From Sarea resinae (taxonomy: Eukaryota), in assembly GCA_026026165.1 (NCBI GenBank), contig JAPEUD010000020.1, positions 310,001 to 349,540 on the forward strand: a DNA stretch of 39,540 nt, read 5' to 3'. How positions within the stretch are numbered: the first letter of the stretch is position 1; each line of letters begins with the position of its first letter. This document shows positions 1 through 13,251 of this stretch, one piece after another. Position numbers and translations under genes: made by a program. The notes beneath the pieces were generated by a model that searched no databases, was not told the DNA's origin, and saw nothing but the letters and a program-made list of their open reading frames with translations.

Positions 1-2281
1 TCCTCCATGCGTGTCTCATCATCATCCGTGCCACTGGAACCCGGGACGAGCTCAAGCTCAACATGGTTGGCCGCAGCTACGTCGCTATCATCGCCGCGTT
101 GGATCTCTTTCATGCTGACATAATCGTAATTCTGCCGTCCGAAAGCATATGTAAAGATAGGGATGTAAACAAGTGGCGAAAGCAGTGCAGCAACATTGCC
201 TGCCAGCATCGGATTGCTAATCATCTGTGTTAGCTGTGAAAGTACTTCCTGGGTGTTGAGCTCACTTTGCTCCGGTACTCTCGACAGTAAGCGTACCATA
301 CTGCTTCTTGGCCGTTACGAGCCAGGCAATTAGCGAGGTTGCCAGTCCAAGGATAGGACTGACAGCTGCGGCGATCATATTTTGGTCCTTCCACAGAAGA
401 GTGAGACTAGCTGGAAGAACGGCAGATGAGATGATAACACCCATAAGGAGATAGAGATAGCCCATCGAGACACCAGCCTGGGAGGAAGTCAGCAAGCATA
501 CCTATGCATTGATGAAACGCGTAGCCGGACATAGTAGAGACCAGTAGAAAATCCTGCCATTATAATAGCGAATACAACGACACATGAGTGTGCCATGTAG
601 ATGAGCCTTTTGCCGCTTGCTTTAGGATTGAAATATGCCTTATAGATGTCGTAAGTAAAGATGGAAGACACGGCGATCAATTCCTAGATTGACTAATTAG
701 TCGAATTCTTTTCCGACTCCGAGAATCCAAACCAACAGCAGAAGTTGCAGAGGTCACTGCCATAAATATTAACAATAGTGTACATGCTGCTCCGCCTTTA
801 CCGAGTAAAGCGACTGCAGCATCAGGAAGTACGAGGCCAGCCGTAACCTGACTCAGGTCAGCATAAGCAGGTAGCTGGAACCAGGGACATACATCAGAGG
901 GAGACATCCTATTCGGATATGTGGGAAAAGCAGGATTTGTTTCCAAGGCGAGTGCAGCAAGTCCCATAGTAGTAGCAGCGAGCCAAGGAATGGCAAACCA
1001 GCTGAGACCACCCATCACGTAGCCTGGGAGCGCAGAAACGGGGTGCGCAGCTATAGCTTTGTTGTAATATCCACAGTCTAAGAAGACGGTGCCGAAGTTG
1101 CCCACAATGTTGATCACGAAGAAGATAGCACCCTCCTTCGACCTCATGGTGAGGTAACTCCCTTGTGCGTTTCCGGACACAGGGTGAGCTTTTCCTGCTT
1201 CCACAAGGAGGTCATAAACTCTGGCGGGGCTCCCTAGGACATTACTTGTCGCATAGGCTGTGAAGGCAAATATGAATATGATGACGAGAATTATCACAGT
1301 GTGGATATAGTCCGTTATAAATGTGCTTTTGATGCCTATTCAGTATAAGCTGGGTTCATGCGAGAAAATCATCCTACTTACCTCCAAAGATGGTATACGC
1401 AACAACACCAATGCTGATAATTAAAGTCGTTCCGTCAATAGACTGCAAGATATTCCGATAATATTACTTAGATAGAAGAGACTTACGGAAGCAAGAAACA
1501 AGCGGCTGCTGTCGGCATACCAGTCAAGGTATTTACTACAGCGGAGCCCCCAGTGAGAAGCATTGCGGTGACGAGAATGTTCGTCATCAACCCAAAAACA
1601 ATGAAGACAATATGGGTGCATGCTCCGTATCGTGCTCGAATAACCTCCAAGAATGTATGGGCGTTTGGAGCTCTGCGCTTTAGCTCGATTGCAAGGGTAG
1701 CAAAGAGCAGAATCTGAACTGTCGCCCCGGAAGCGTACTTTGGACGTTTAGAATCTTGCTTGATCGAGAAGAATTGCTAGTTCAGCCTACCCAAAATGGC
1801 CCAGATACCCCGTAACGGTAGGCCACTCCCGAAGATTGCAGGAGAGTGGCTGCCCAGGTCCAAGACGACACAACTGCAGAAGCTACCAAGCCGGATTTGA
1901 CGGTTCTCCCCGCTGTGCTGAACATCTCACTTGTTTGGACCTCGTTTCGGTACCTAGGTCGGCTCGTCAGTGTATGCTCACTGGTCTTTTCTTTCGTGGA
2001 AGAGAACGAAAGAATAAGCGGTGTTTTCAAGCATTTGAATAAAGCAAAGTCAATTGTCTCGATCTGCTTGAAGAGGGTATTTGGAACGTGAGATCGATCA
2101 CTCTGTATTTCCAGAAGTGGGTTCCGACCGCATGTATTCGTCGAGACATTTGGAAAATATTTTCTGCCTCGCACCTCTTTAAGATAAAAGTGATCAGCAT
2201 CATGCCTAGCGCAAAGCCGAATCCTAAGCCCAGAACAATGCCATAGCCAAGTCCCTGGCTCAATGGCGGAGCAGCGGCCAT
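1..2281 (-). CDS. DUR3: Urea active transporter (sodium:solute symporter family), multi-exon, 3' end beyond window
   Basis: ATG at 2281. Exons 2281-2175, 1953-1791, 1737-1487, 1413-1382, 1335 onward are joined by GT-AG introns. Peptides include [72 protein letters not shown] and [19 protein letters not shown], all typical of DUR3. Confidence 0.95.
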
Positions 2282-2544
2282 CCTGAATGAATAGGATGGC
2301 AATCAGAAGACGACAGGTGATGCAACGCGAGAGAGACAGCTACATTAATAGGAATGTCGAGCACATAAAACGTGGAAAACAGGCAATCTAATATACTGCG
2401 GACGACGACTATGATATTGCTGCAGGATATATGGGAGAATATATCGCATCACCGCCTCACTAAGTAGACGCGATATGAGCCCAGAAGCGGAGCTCGAACA
2501 TGCACCGATCGACGACACATGGTTTGGCAGCGATGACAGTGTGT

Positions 2545-2922
2545 GATAAGAACATCAAAATGATCCTTGAGTACCGAGCATGGCAGAAGTTCCTGATAAC
2601 GATCGTACCGACTTCGGAGCGGCGTGTTGACGGCGAAGGCCTAGGAAAGCCCCGCGGAGGCTCAGACCCTGAGATAAAGCAGTACAGGTAGCGAGTACCA
2701 AGCGAATCTCGTCAGAGTACGAGAAATTCATACATGCTGTAAAATTTCATCTGTCTACGGAACATATTAATGTTCTTTACTTCAAATACTGTGAACCATA
2801 TCGTTATCTAAGGTAAGGTACCTAATATACTAGGCTAGTAGTTAGTAGGCAAAGGGCGTGGTAACAAGGTTTCGAGCGACATCCACCCTTAGAAAGGTAC
2901 CTTAGTACTCGTAGTAGATAAG
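2545..2922. promoter_or_regulatory. GATA-site cluster upstream of DUR3 (candidate AreA/NIT2 nitrogen-regulation sites)
   Basis: GATAA at 2545, 2595, 2673 and 2917 and TTATC at 2804, lying 260-640 bp upstream of the DUR3 ATG. Urea transporter genes are typically under nitrogen metabolite repression. Confidence 0.45.
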
Positions 2923-5900
2923 TAGCCGTGGGGTAAGTGGCTTTTCTCGGCGCTTCCCGTGCTTCTACTCCGTAGTATTGTAGAGTACCTTGTACCTACT
3001 GTAGGTAAGGTATCTGTAGACCTATCTCCTAGGTTAGCAATGCTGCATTGGTGAGGGAACTGTGAAACATAACTTTCGCTTTAGCAACCTTTTTCATGAG
3101 GACACAGTACTTCTACATATCTGTAGACAGCTAATAGCATCCGTACCTACTACCAAGCTGATTCAGGAGATAGGTGAATAATATTTTGTACGATACACGC
3201 CGCTGTAGAGTAACTCAATTTCACAAATCAACAATACAGCCAAATGGATTATCCGATCAAGACTTATCATTCTAGAAAGTGTCTGGGGGTCGAAACAATA
3301 ACGAGCATTCATGCGCGGAAAACTTCTCGTAGCTCTTCTACCTGTAATTTCCATCTCCGAATATATCGATCGGAGTATTGGTTCTAAGTATCATAACACA
3401 GCACAATGCCGGCATCAAAAAAGGCCAAGGTCCACCGTCCACCGAGTTGAAAGAGAAAATTTTCTATATCTTTTGGGCGTAACCAGATACACCGTTTCTT
3501 TCAAGAAAGAGCCACACGGGAATGATATCCTTGAAAGACATTGATGTTGCAACCTTATGTGAAGAGCCTTCTCTACTTATATCGAGGTGGATTTGGTGCT
3601 GGGCCTTGGCTTGGATGAAAGCTTTGCGTGGCAGTCAGATTTCGTATTGACGCTTGTTGAGATTGCACATCAGGACGGTATCTGTTGACACAGATCATCA
3701 ATACTGGCTCCCCTGACTCGTCTGATATCTTACATACTTTAAATCTTGCATGAAATTGCAGATAGGGCAAGCGACCTCCTGATCAGTCCGAAGGATCAAC
3801 GACTAATCTGATGGAGCTTTCAAGAATCAACTTATGAACAGCATACCTGATAGGGATGAATTGATAATGGTATCAATGGCTATTATCATCATTAATTCAT
3901 ACTACCTCCGCGTTTTGGTCAGCCCGACTCACAATAAAGCAAACAGTCACCCATGACCTGTCTATTATAAGCACATAGTCCCCTTCGTGGAATTTTCTCA
4001 CCAACCATCGCTTGATGCAATGAGCTGGAATGTATGTCAACAGGTGTCGGACAAGCGCTGGATGAATGCGGAAGGCTCAAACGACTGACCCGACCAGTTA
4101 CCACCTTTTTGAGACAACGTAAGTATTCGATAGCCTTGGCCCCTTCACGAGGGTGTTCAAAAAGGGCCAGGTAGGAGTAACAAACAATTCTGACATTGCG
4201 CCTATTTTTCGGTGAGGATCCTGTCTTAAAGTAGATAGTAAAGAACCAGAAGAAAACGAACAATGACGCTATCATATCCCTTCAATGGAGAATTGAAATC
4301 TAGCAGAACTATCAGTCATAAGTACCTTCAATAACAGATATGAATAAGTTCGCACCGTGAGTCCCGAACGTGATAAAGAAGCACATATTCTGACCGGACC
4401 AGAACTTGCAGGATATATATTTAGTCTTTCAATTGCAAGATGGATTGAAATGTCATGAGACACGCGTCTGGTTGAAGTAGACTACCAGGTACTGCGTACA
4501 CCCATTGGAGATTAGTTGGGCAACCTAAGGTACCTATCATCCCTCCCGCCATTGAAGTACTCCATACCTGATAACCGAAATTCATACTGTTAAGCCTTCC
4601 GTTACCTAAGGTACCTACCTACCGTACCTTAATTATCTGCTCTAGAAGGACCCCAGTACTCGAACATCCTCGCGCGTATGAAGTAGTCTGTACCTTACGC
4701 AATACTTCTGATAAGGTACCTACCTCAGGTAAGGAGTGCCAATCTCTGTTGATTGAAGATGCTCCGCCTTTACCGGTGGCTGATGCCAACGATGGAGGAT
4801 ATTTTCCAGGCTAATTTGAAGACATCACGGTAAGCCATTATTGAACTACTAGGAGGGTCAAACGGTTGAAAGGTGTTTAGAGAGGAACTTGGTTCCAGAT
4901 ACATCCTCGAGGGTCCAGATCAAGCATATGAAAGACCGAAACGTTCGGACTCCCAAGGCCTATTCCAACCGCCAGGCATCAATCCCAGATGGATGTCTTT
5001 CGATTGAGATACGAACAAATAAGATGATTGATCAGCGGTTTAAGTCCCTAGTCTCGAGCCATTCAAACGTATTCCTGTGGAGGTGACCTTCTCACGAAGA
5101 GACCCATAATGGGAACACGGGAATTATAGTCATCTGAAAGCGTATATTTTGTCCCGAATCGTTAGGAATCCAGAGCTCTTATCACAGGGAAGAGTGTGCA
5201 CTTCGTATACCCGCAGCTGCACTTCATTGCGGGTAATAGCATGATATAGAACGGACCATATTTCTGTAACCCTCTACTGCGTCTTGAAAAGTAATATGGC
5301 AGTACGACCGAGATAGAAATAAATGAAATGCTTCGTTTCTTCATATTGTCAGCGGCTTCCGCAGCCATGTCCACTAGAGTATGCTCACCGTGGGTAACGA
5401 AGCTTCCAAAATTTGTTCCCACTATACAATGCCATGTTGCGCCTTTTCGCAGGTCGAACTAATTTTCGTCAGACATTGCCTACCCCAGCTATTCGAGCAG
5501 ATCCTGAGAATATCAGAATGACTAGTACCTGTTTCTTTATGTACTCGGCGATCTCCTGAAAAGGCATCAAGTCAATCATTGTAGTGGGTGGGTATTGAAT
5601 CTTACGAACCTTTTCGACTGTGAATTTCCCCATAGCTTCGGTGGCTGGAATTTCATTAGATCCAACTCTGCTGCGAGTATATCGCCTTTGCACTCACCAA
5701 CGTCAACAGCTTCTTGCTGCATGTCCTCGTTCTTCACCAGGTCAGCTATAAGCATTAATTGAGGGGTTATGGAGACGCACCATATCAAAGGACTTGATCT
5801 GCACTGCGATGATAGAATCAGCTGTCATTCTAGGTAGCTTCCATTCATATGGTCTGGGTGTAGTACATACCCTCCAGCCTATCCTTCTTCTCGCTCGCCA

Positions 5901-6303
5901 TCTCGTCTTAGGGCGCCTTGTTGGAGGAGATTGGAGGCCTTGCCCGATTTCTTGTATGATATTCGAAGTTTTCAGATCGACCTGTGGCCTAGAAGCTTGC
6001 ACTGCCAGCGTCCGACTTTGCTGTCTACAGATTCGAGAACCTCGAGATGTTGGATGTGGTGGCACTAGAATAAGGTACGAAGTACCTTCTCTTCGTAATC
6101 TGAGCATCCACCAAGTACGAAGTACCTCGTACTTCGTGCCTTCGTTCCTTTGCCAGGTACCTTAGCGAGTCCCGCCCGCGTAAGTCTGCAATAGGCCCGG
6201 AGCACGAAATCATTTCAGCAAATTTTTGCCTTCTCCGTTCCTATAATTTTCAGAAGCCTACCAACGCTAGAGACAGCGAGAGTAGGAGCGGCGTCTGTCT
6301 GTG

Positions 6304-9206
6304 ATGGAATCGTCTCGAGTCTTTGTCCGCGGACTGCCGCCGAACATCTCAGAACAAGAATTCAAGAAGCATTTCTCAAAGCTGCATCCTACTACAGATG
6401 TGAAGCTCCTCTCTCATCGTCGAATTGGATATGTTGGATATAAAACGATTAGCGATGCCACAGCCGCGATCAAATATTTCAATAAGTCATTTATTCGAAT
6501 GTCCAGGATTGCAGTAGAGGCTGCTCGACCGGTAAGCATCTTCTGGAGACAATATTTCGAATTCCTGGATACGTCTTGCTCATATGCTAGCTATCAGGCC
6601 ATCCACGATGATTCGAAGGACCCAAGCCAGACCGCGCAATTAAGATCACAATCCAGATCCGATGTTTTCGTTCCTGATTCTAGTGAGGAAGTAACTGGCA
6701 ATAAGCTGAAGCGGAAACGAGATGACGATGAGGGAAGAGCTCCAGTGGGGGCAGACGGTAAGCTACAGGAAATACTGGACATCATGCAACCGTCGAGCAA
6801 ATCAAGGACATGGACGAACGAGGATGTCTCCCGGTCTGTGCCGTCCGTCAAGGTGTCTGTCAACCATTCTCTTTCTGAACGAGAAGATGAGCAAAAAACC
6901 GTCAAGCGGTCAAAGAAATCCGCAATCGAGAGTACGGCGAACATTGCTTCACCGCAAGCTGATGTCAAAGATCAATCCCGCAATGATCGGCAAGAGGCTG
7001 ATGAGCACAGTCAATCGCATTTGTTTGAGAAATTTCCCGTCGATAATGACTTCGGCGAATCGATAGCTCTTCCGAGGAAAGTGCCTGAGGAGGCAGCTGC
7101 TGTGTCTGATGCTGATTGGCTACGATCGCGCACCAGCAGACTTCTAGATTTAGCGGACCAAGGAGAAAGTCCCGGCGTTGTGGCAGCGGCAAATAAGGAC
7201 TGTGATTTGCATAATCCTCCAGATTCCGTTGCAAGCGCTTCGCCGGTCTCGGGAGATAGACCTGCAGAAATCGAGCGGGAGAGACCATTCTCTCGTGAGG
7301 GGCACGAAAGTGAGCTAGACCGAAATTTGGCGGCTATCGCAGAAACTGGCAGACTGTTTATACGGAACCTTCCGTACGACACTTCAGAAGATGATCTGCG
7401 ACCGATCTTCAGCATAGGTGCAATCCAAGAGGTACGATCTCGACGTTTTATATCACTACGTTTCATTATTTTCATTATTTGTTATGATGAATATCCTGAT
7501 AGGGACAGCTTATGCTTTGCAAATGATGCTGTTTTCAGGGAGGTTATTTTAGTAGATGCTTCTCATTTCTGAACATTTCGAGTACAGCCTTTTCTCAAAA
7601 CCAGTTTACTTTCTTCTATTCAGTCACTGAAATAGACAATCTAGGTGCATCTCCCGATAAATGCTTCGACCGGGACGACAAAAGGTTTCGCTTATATTCA
7701 ATATGCGGATCCTGGTTCAGCGCAACAGGCCTACAGAGAATTAGATAAAAAAGTTTTTCAAGGAAGACTGTTGCACATTCTCCCAGCCGCGGCCAAAAGA
7801 AATAGTAATTTTGACGAGCATACGCTTGCTAAATTACCCCTAAAGAAGCAGAAGCAAATAAAGCGCAAGGCTGAAGCTGCTTCTTCGGTCTTCAATTGGA
7901 ATTCGATGTATATGAATGTATGTGTACTACTGCTCAGTTCACATGTGGATATAAAGCTGACTTGGAGGAATAGAGCGACGCTGTAATGTCGTCGATCTCC
8001 GACCGGCTCGGCATCTCGAAATCAGACTTATTGGACCCTACCTCTTCGGACGGGGCAGTCAAGCAAGCTCACGCCGAGACTCATGTCATTCAAGAGACAA
8101 AATCATATTTGACTTCCAATGGTGTTGACCTTCAAACATTCGAAAGCCGCGAGCGCTGTGATACCACAATCCTTGTAAAGAATTTTCCGTACGGGACTTC
8201 TCGGGACGAAATCAAAGTACTCTTTCAAGAATTTGGTCAAGTTCAGAGACTATTGATGCCTCCGGCGGGTACAATTGCTATCGTGGAGTTCTCGCACGCT
8301 CCGCAGGCACGAACGGCATTCGGCAGTCTAGCATATCGGCGCTTCAAAGATTCCGTTCTGTTTCTAGAAAAAGGGCCCAAACATTTATTCAAGCTAGGTT
8401 TTAATACTTCCGGAGACTTCTCCGAGATGAGAGCGAAAGAAATCAGACCTGATCAGCAACCAACCTCATTAGAGTTGCTGAAAGCAGAGTCATCTGAGGC
8501 CAATGTCGAGACTAACACACTATTCGTTCGCAACCTCAATTTTAGCACCACCACGGACAGACTCACTGAAGTATTTCGACCTCTTGATGGCTTCATGTCG
8601 GCAAGGGTGAAAACAAAATCTGACCCCAAACGACCGGAGCAAACCCTCAGCATGGGTTTTGGCTTCCTTGAGTTCCGCTCCAGGGAGCAAGCTCAGGCAG
8701 CGTTGTCAGCGATGAATGGATATAATCTTGACGGTCATCAGCTTACAATTCGGCCATCAAATAAAGGCCTGGACACTGCTGAAGTGGATCGGAAAGCGAT
8801 CAAGGCCAAGACGGCCAGCGGAGCAAGAACCAAAATTATCGTCAAAAATCTTCCTTTCGAAGCGAGCAAGAAGGATGTGCGATCGCTATTCGGGGCTTAT
8901 GGTCAACTTCGCTCTGTTCGCGTGCCAAAAAGATTCGACAGTTCTAGTCGAGGTTTTGCTTTCGCGGACTTCATTACACCGAGAGAGGCTGAGAACGCCA
9001 TGGATGCATTGAAAGACACCCATCTCCTGGGCCGCAGGCTCGTGCTAGATTTTGCTGCTGCAGATCCTGAAGATGCTGAAGCAGAGATCGAGATGATGCA
9101 GAAAAAGGTCGGTCGGCAGTTGAGTAAAGTGGCGTTGCAGCAACTAGCGGGTTCGGGTCGTAAGAAGCTTAATCTTCGAGGGAATGAGGATTTGGGCGAT
9201 CAATAG
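6304..9206 (+). CDS. MRD1: Multiple RNA-binding domain protein 1 (five RRMs, pre-rRNA processing), about 855 aa
   Basis: Exons 6304-6531, 6598-7431, 7645-7917 and 7974-9206 with GT-AG introns. Motifs SSRVFVRGLPP, TGRLFIRNLPY, FQGRLLHILPA, FNWNSMYMN/SDAV, AVKQAHAETHVIQE, LSMGFGFLEF and HLLGRRLVLDFA. Confidence 0.95.
7480..7575 (+). ncRNA. snR64: Intronic box C/D snoRNA, snR64/SNORD74-like (guides LSU rRNA Cm2337, yeast numbering)
   Basis: Lies in MRD1 intron 2. Box C ATGATGA 7484-7490; guide GATAGGGACAG 7498-7508, complementary to LSU rRNA CUGUCCCUAUC; D' CTTA 7509-7512; C' ATGATG about 7523; box D CTGA 7569-7572; short TGT/ACA terminal stem. Confidence 0.85.
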
Positions 9207-9405
9207 TCTTCAATACTAGGAGCAAAGGAGGTATTTCCGAGTGTTCTGATCGCTCTCATTTAACCCGCGGCTCCCTTGGCTGCTCCTTGCTTTGGGATCA
9301 CCAAATTCCAGAACCCCTTCGTCAACGCGAATCTATGCTCGCGCTTCACCTGGCTAATATCCTAGCGCTATGATTTGACTGACAGCGCGATATGTAGATA
9401 TCGTG

Positions 9406-10105
9406 CATTCTCTCATGCTGATAAGCATTATTTATATTGATTGTCATGGAAGACGCATTGACTTCTACTGCTAACTACTTCACTTCATCAATCATGACTG
9501 CGTCATTAATAACGATTTTTTTTCTTATTCCTGATTAAACAAATCATATGTATCTCATCGAGGACTTTCAAAGTCAGAAGGAAAACAGTTGGGGTCTCGA
9601 TTGACTTAAGTCGAACCCCGCGCGACGCCTGTCAATGCAATGCACGGAACATTCTCGTGCCTGTGTTCATCCCTGGCACGAGGATCTCTCATTGCGGGCC
9701 AACCACGACCGCGGGATGCACCAACCCATTACAACTGTTCTCTCAATGACTTAAAGACTCGAGGCCCCTTGCTTCTTACTCCTCGGGAGTTGCGATTCCT
9801 TTTCGACATTGACGCGACCAGATTGCCTAAGGAAATCATCGCCCAATCTCCTCTTTACGATACCCTAGATCACTCTGATTAACCGTGAGCGCTAATACCG
9901 GTCATCATTTGCATCATTCATTCTGAGCTGCTTTGTCAGGGCCGACCCCGCCCTGCATTGCTGTAGTCCATAGTATCCTTTGATCGTGGAGGACGCGTTC
10001 AATGGACTCCTTTATAATAAAGAGCTATGTGCTCCTACATTCTCCTGCTGGCTTGACAACATTCTTTTTTGCTTGAAATTTTGCTACCGTTGACGGTCCC
10101 ATTCC
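9406..10105 (+). promoter_or_regulatory. Cluster of six CATTCY AbaA/TEA response elements upstream of the abaA-like gene
   Basis: CATTCT at 9406, 9650, 9919, 10038 and 10060 and CATTCC at 10100, all on the + strand. TATA-like TTTATAATAA at 10011. Confidence 0.65.
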
Positions 10106-10272
10106 TTTCTCATACCTCGCTACGTTCCTTAACAATTGTCTGAAGCCATCTACAGAGAGCAGCTCGACTCTTTTCAATATCTGACATCTAGACTGCCTCT
10201 CTTTTTCATAGCCTCGATACTCTCGCCCGTTGATACCATTTTCGAATTTGCTTTGAGCCAGTCGGCAAGCTT

Positions 10273-12337
10273 ATGGAGCCTCGTCAGAGCCTTTGCATTC
10301 TTCCTTCCAACGCACCACTACACAATCAAGAGTCTGGGTCTCTACCTCATTCCATTCCTAGACGAGTCCTTCAGGATACCTCTGGCAACGTCCAAAATTC
10401 CGTCCTGGAGGCCTCCCAGATAGGCCACGCAAAACTTGCCACCAATGTGGCGAATATTCGGGGCAAGCGGGTTTCGCCTGTCAATGCTCAGCCTACGATT
10501 GCGTCCCGTTTAGAGCTGAAGAGAAGAGAGCGGATGCGTATTCGTGCGGGCTCCCAGCTGCCATTGATCACTCGAAAGCAGATCGCCAGTCCAGAGTATC
10601 AACAGTATCGAGCTCGTCAATGTCAAAATGGGGGCGAGGATGGTGAGCCTAAGTGGCCGGATGATGTGGAGGAGGCTTTTCTCGAAGGTAAATTCCTAAA
10701 CCCAAGAAATAGTCTCTAAATTTGACCCATCCTGGATTCGAACAGCTCTCCTTCTTGAGATCGCTCCAATTGGACGGAGAAAAGTATCGCAACATGGCAA
10801 GCCTTGTGGGAGAAACGAGCTTATATCAGACCATATAAAAAGGAGGACCGGAGTTCATCGCAGCAGGAAGCAAGTCTCCAGTCACATCCAGGTACTCAAA
10901 CAATTTTTCAAGAAAGATCCCGAGTGTTTGTGAATCCGCTCTTTTCATCCGTTGCACTTTACTTATGTCTGAGTAGTCATGGATCGAGTCACTGCGAAGG
11001 ACTCTACCAGTAATCCTTTTGCGACTCGGGAGGACCTCCTGCGATGCTTAGCTAGCAGCCAGCACGGCCCCAGTGCCCATGCGCCCCAAAGGAAGAGCCA
11101 TGAGAATCCACTTTCCACTGACATTGACTTCCTATCTCCTCTGTATGGAGATGTCGCTCCCAGCCTGCCGTCTTTTGCCCAGAATAGTGTTCACGATCTG
11201 GACTTTGGTATGTGGGTACAACCTCGCGATCAAGACAAATCCGTTGGTCGGGCCATTCATGTGTACTCCGCGCTACAAGCTGGCAGCCGTCTTTCTCCGG
11301 CTCCGCTGAAAAATCTCAGACATTGGCAATCTAGATTTCCTCAAGTCGAGTCTCTTCACCGTCAAGGCGCTCTCGACTGTGAGATAATACTCTTGGAAGC
11401 CTCCATCGATCCCTTAACAGACTATCCAATGTGCGACTTGCTCTTTGGGACGAACCTTGAGTTAAAGATCGGAAATGGGTCAAATTATGATGATTGGGAG
11501 TGCGTCACGAACCTTTATTCGACAAGCCAGCCGACAGAAAATCGCTCGAAACCCAGAGTTAGTCTCAATGTCGATAGTACGGCCACTGTTACTCTTTCCT
11601 TCTTGACGGACTTCTGGGTGGGTTTATTCACCGGCATTGCGACAAATTGGCGAGCACACAAAGATCATGGCGATGGTGAAAGTCTTCGGCATGAAGTCGA
11701 GAAGGCGAGAGCATTCGTTAGGAGCATGACAGCTGTGCAAGAGTTATACGCAAGCTCTAAGAATGGCTGGGCATCCCAACAAAGAGTGGCACTCTTGCTA
11801 TGGAAGTTTAGACTTGCTTCCCCTGGTGAAGCAGGTATTACCACGTGGCGAAATGTTATCCCGCCACCTAGGAGTATGCTCACAACCTCTCCAATCTTAA
11901 TAGCACCGCAGATGGCTTCGGCAAGCAGTCAACGAACATTATCCGACGACAGCAATTATCCTTCCACGGATGCCACGGATAATCTCAATCCACCCAATTT
12001 CGATCTGCTTGGGATTCACTCGTTGCCATTATCTCGGGCCCCACAGCTAGCAGATCACTCTGTCTCTCAATCCATTGACATGGCTCATGATGGTTGTGCC
12101 GGCGATTTCAGCGGCGGCCCAATCAATCTTTATTATGAACCCCCTACGATTCCGAATTATGATCAAGAGCCACAATACTTCTCGCCGGCGACCGAATCTC
12201 AACCGTACGAGGTGACCCAGTGGTCTGGCTATAATCATCTCTTTTCGGACACAGGCTTACAGCACCAATCATTTGGAGAGGGAGAGGTTGATAGATCAAA
12301 CGAACCGGAGCACGATCACGCCCTTTCTTATCAATGA
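10273..12337 (+). CDS. abaA: TEA/ATTS-domain transcription factor, AbaA-like (about 651 aa)
   Basis: Exons 10273-10687, 10746-10925 and 10977-12337. Spliced TEA domain reads [67 protein letters not shown]-terminal ALLLWKFR...[11 protein letters not shown] is typical of fungal AbaA. Confidence 0.85.
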
Positions 12338-12783
12338 ATTTTGGTTGGCCCACTTCTTCGTTTATCTCCGTTACTGCTCTGTCGCGAGGAACTTTATATC
12401 TGTTTTAAAAGGATGTATTGAATTCCAAGAGTTACGTTTGTAAGGCTGAGGGCTTGTGCCTGCATTAAGCTTTCTTGTTCAACGACTTGTGTAAAGACGG
12501 TGTCTATTCCTAATGGTAGTGACGGCTAGAAAAGTGATGCGTGAATAATAGATAATATATTCTTATAATATAGACCCTACCTTATCTATGTAGAAGTTTA
12601 GAGGAACATATATCTCGATACAACTTAATAGAACTAAGAACTTTTAAATATAGATTTGCTTCTAGATAGGTATTAAATAAACATAAAGGGATAGATTGCT
12701 TGCCTTAAATTGGAGAACTGCCTACTAACTTAAAGCAATAGAATTAGATAAGAGTTATGCAACTCTTTCTTATAAAGTATACA

Positions 12784-13251
12784 TGTTGGAATGATAACCT
12801 TAATTTGAGTCACTTATAAGTATATAGACTGTTACAGACTGTTACAAAACAGTATAGATACTTGTAGAAGCTTCTACACACCTATAGAAGCCAATAGAAT
12901 GTAGTAGAACCCTATAGAGAGTTTTAGAACATTCTAGAATAGTTTAAAGCTGTCTAGAAGTCTATAGAACTTCTTAGACACCTATAGAACTTCTATAACA
13001 TAAGATTTATATAACTTTAAGGTTAATATCTCTTAACTTTCTTATAAAGCATATGTTTTTGTTAGTTTATTAGTTACAAATCACTTATGTTATTAATTGT
13101 TACTAGAAGTTTCTAGTAAGTTAATTATATCTATATACTGACTGCCTTACACCTTTATAGCTAGAATCTCTAAGTTTAAAATATATAATTATTCTATACT
13201 ATACTTCTTTAGCACCTTCCTCTACTTATATCTTTGTACTACTTTCTAACA
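12784..13251 (+). repeat. 5' LTR of the copia element
   Basis: TG...CA ends. Homologous to the LTRs at 13674-14214 and 16049-16588 but lacks their 21-bp triplication. Followed by a PBS-like sequence. Confidence 0.9.

Noticed and set aside
3163..6213. Short ORFs between DUR3 and MRD1
   Set aside because: No recognisable domain or consistent exon chain. A decayed minus-strand gene at about 4800-5800 is possible but cannot be supported.
6594..9012. Overlapping or antisense ORFs within MRD1 (likewise in DUR3 and abaA)
   Set aside because: Shadow frames of well-supported genes.
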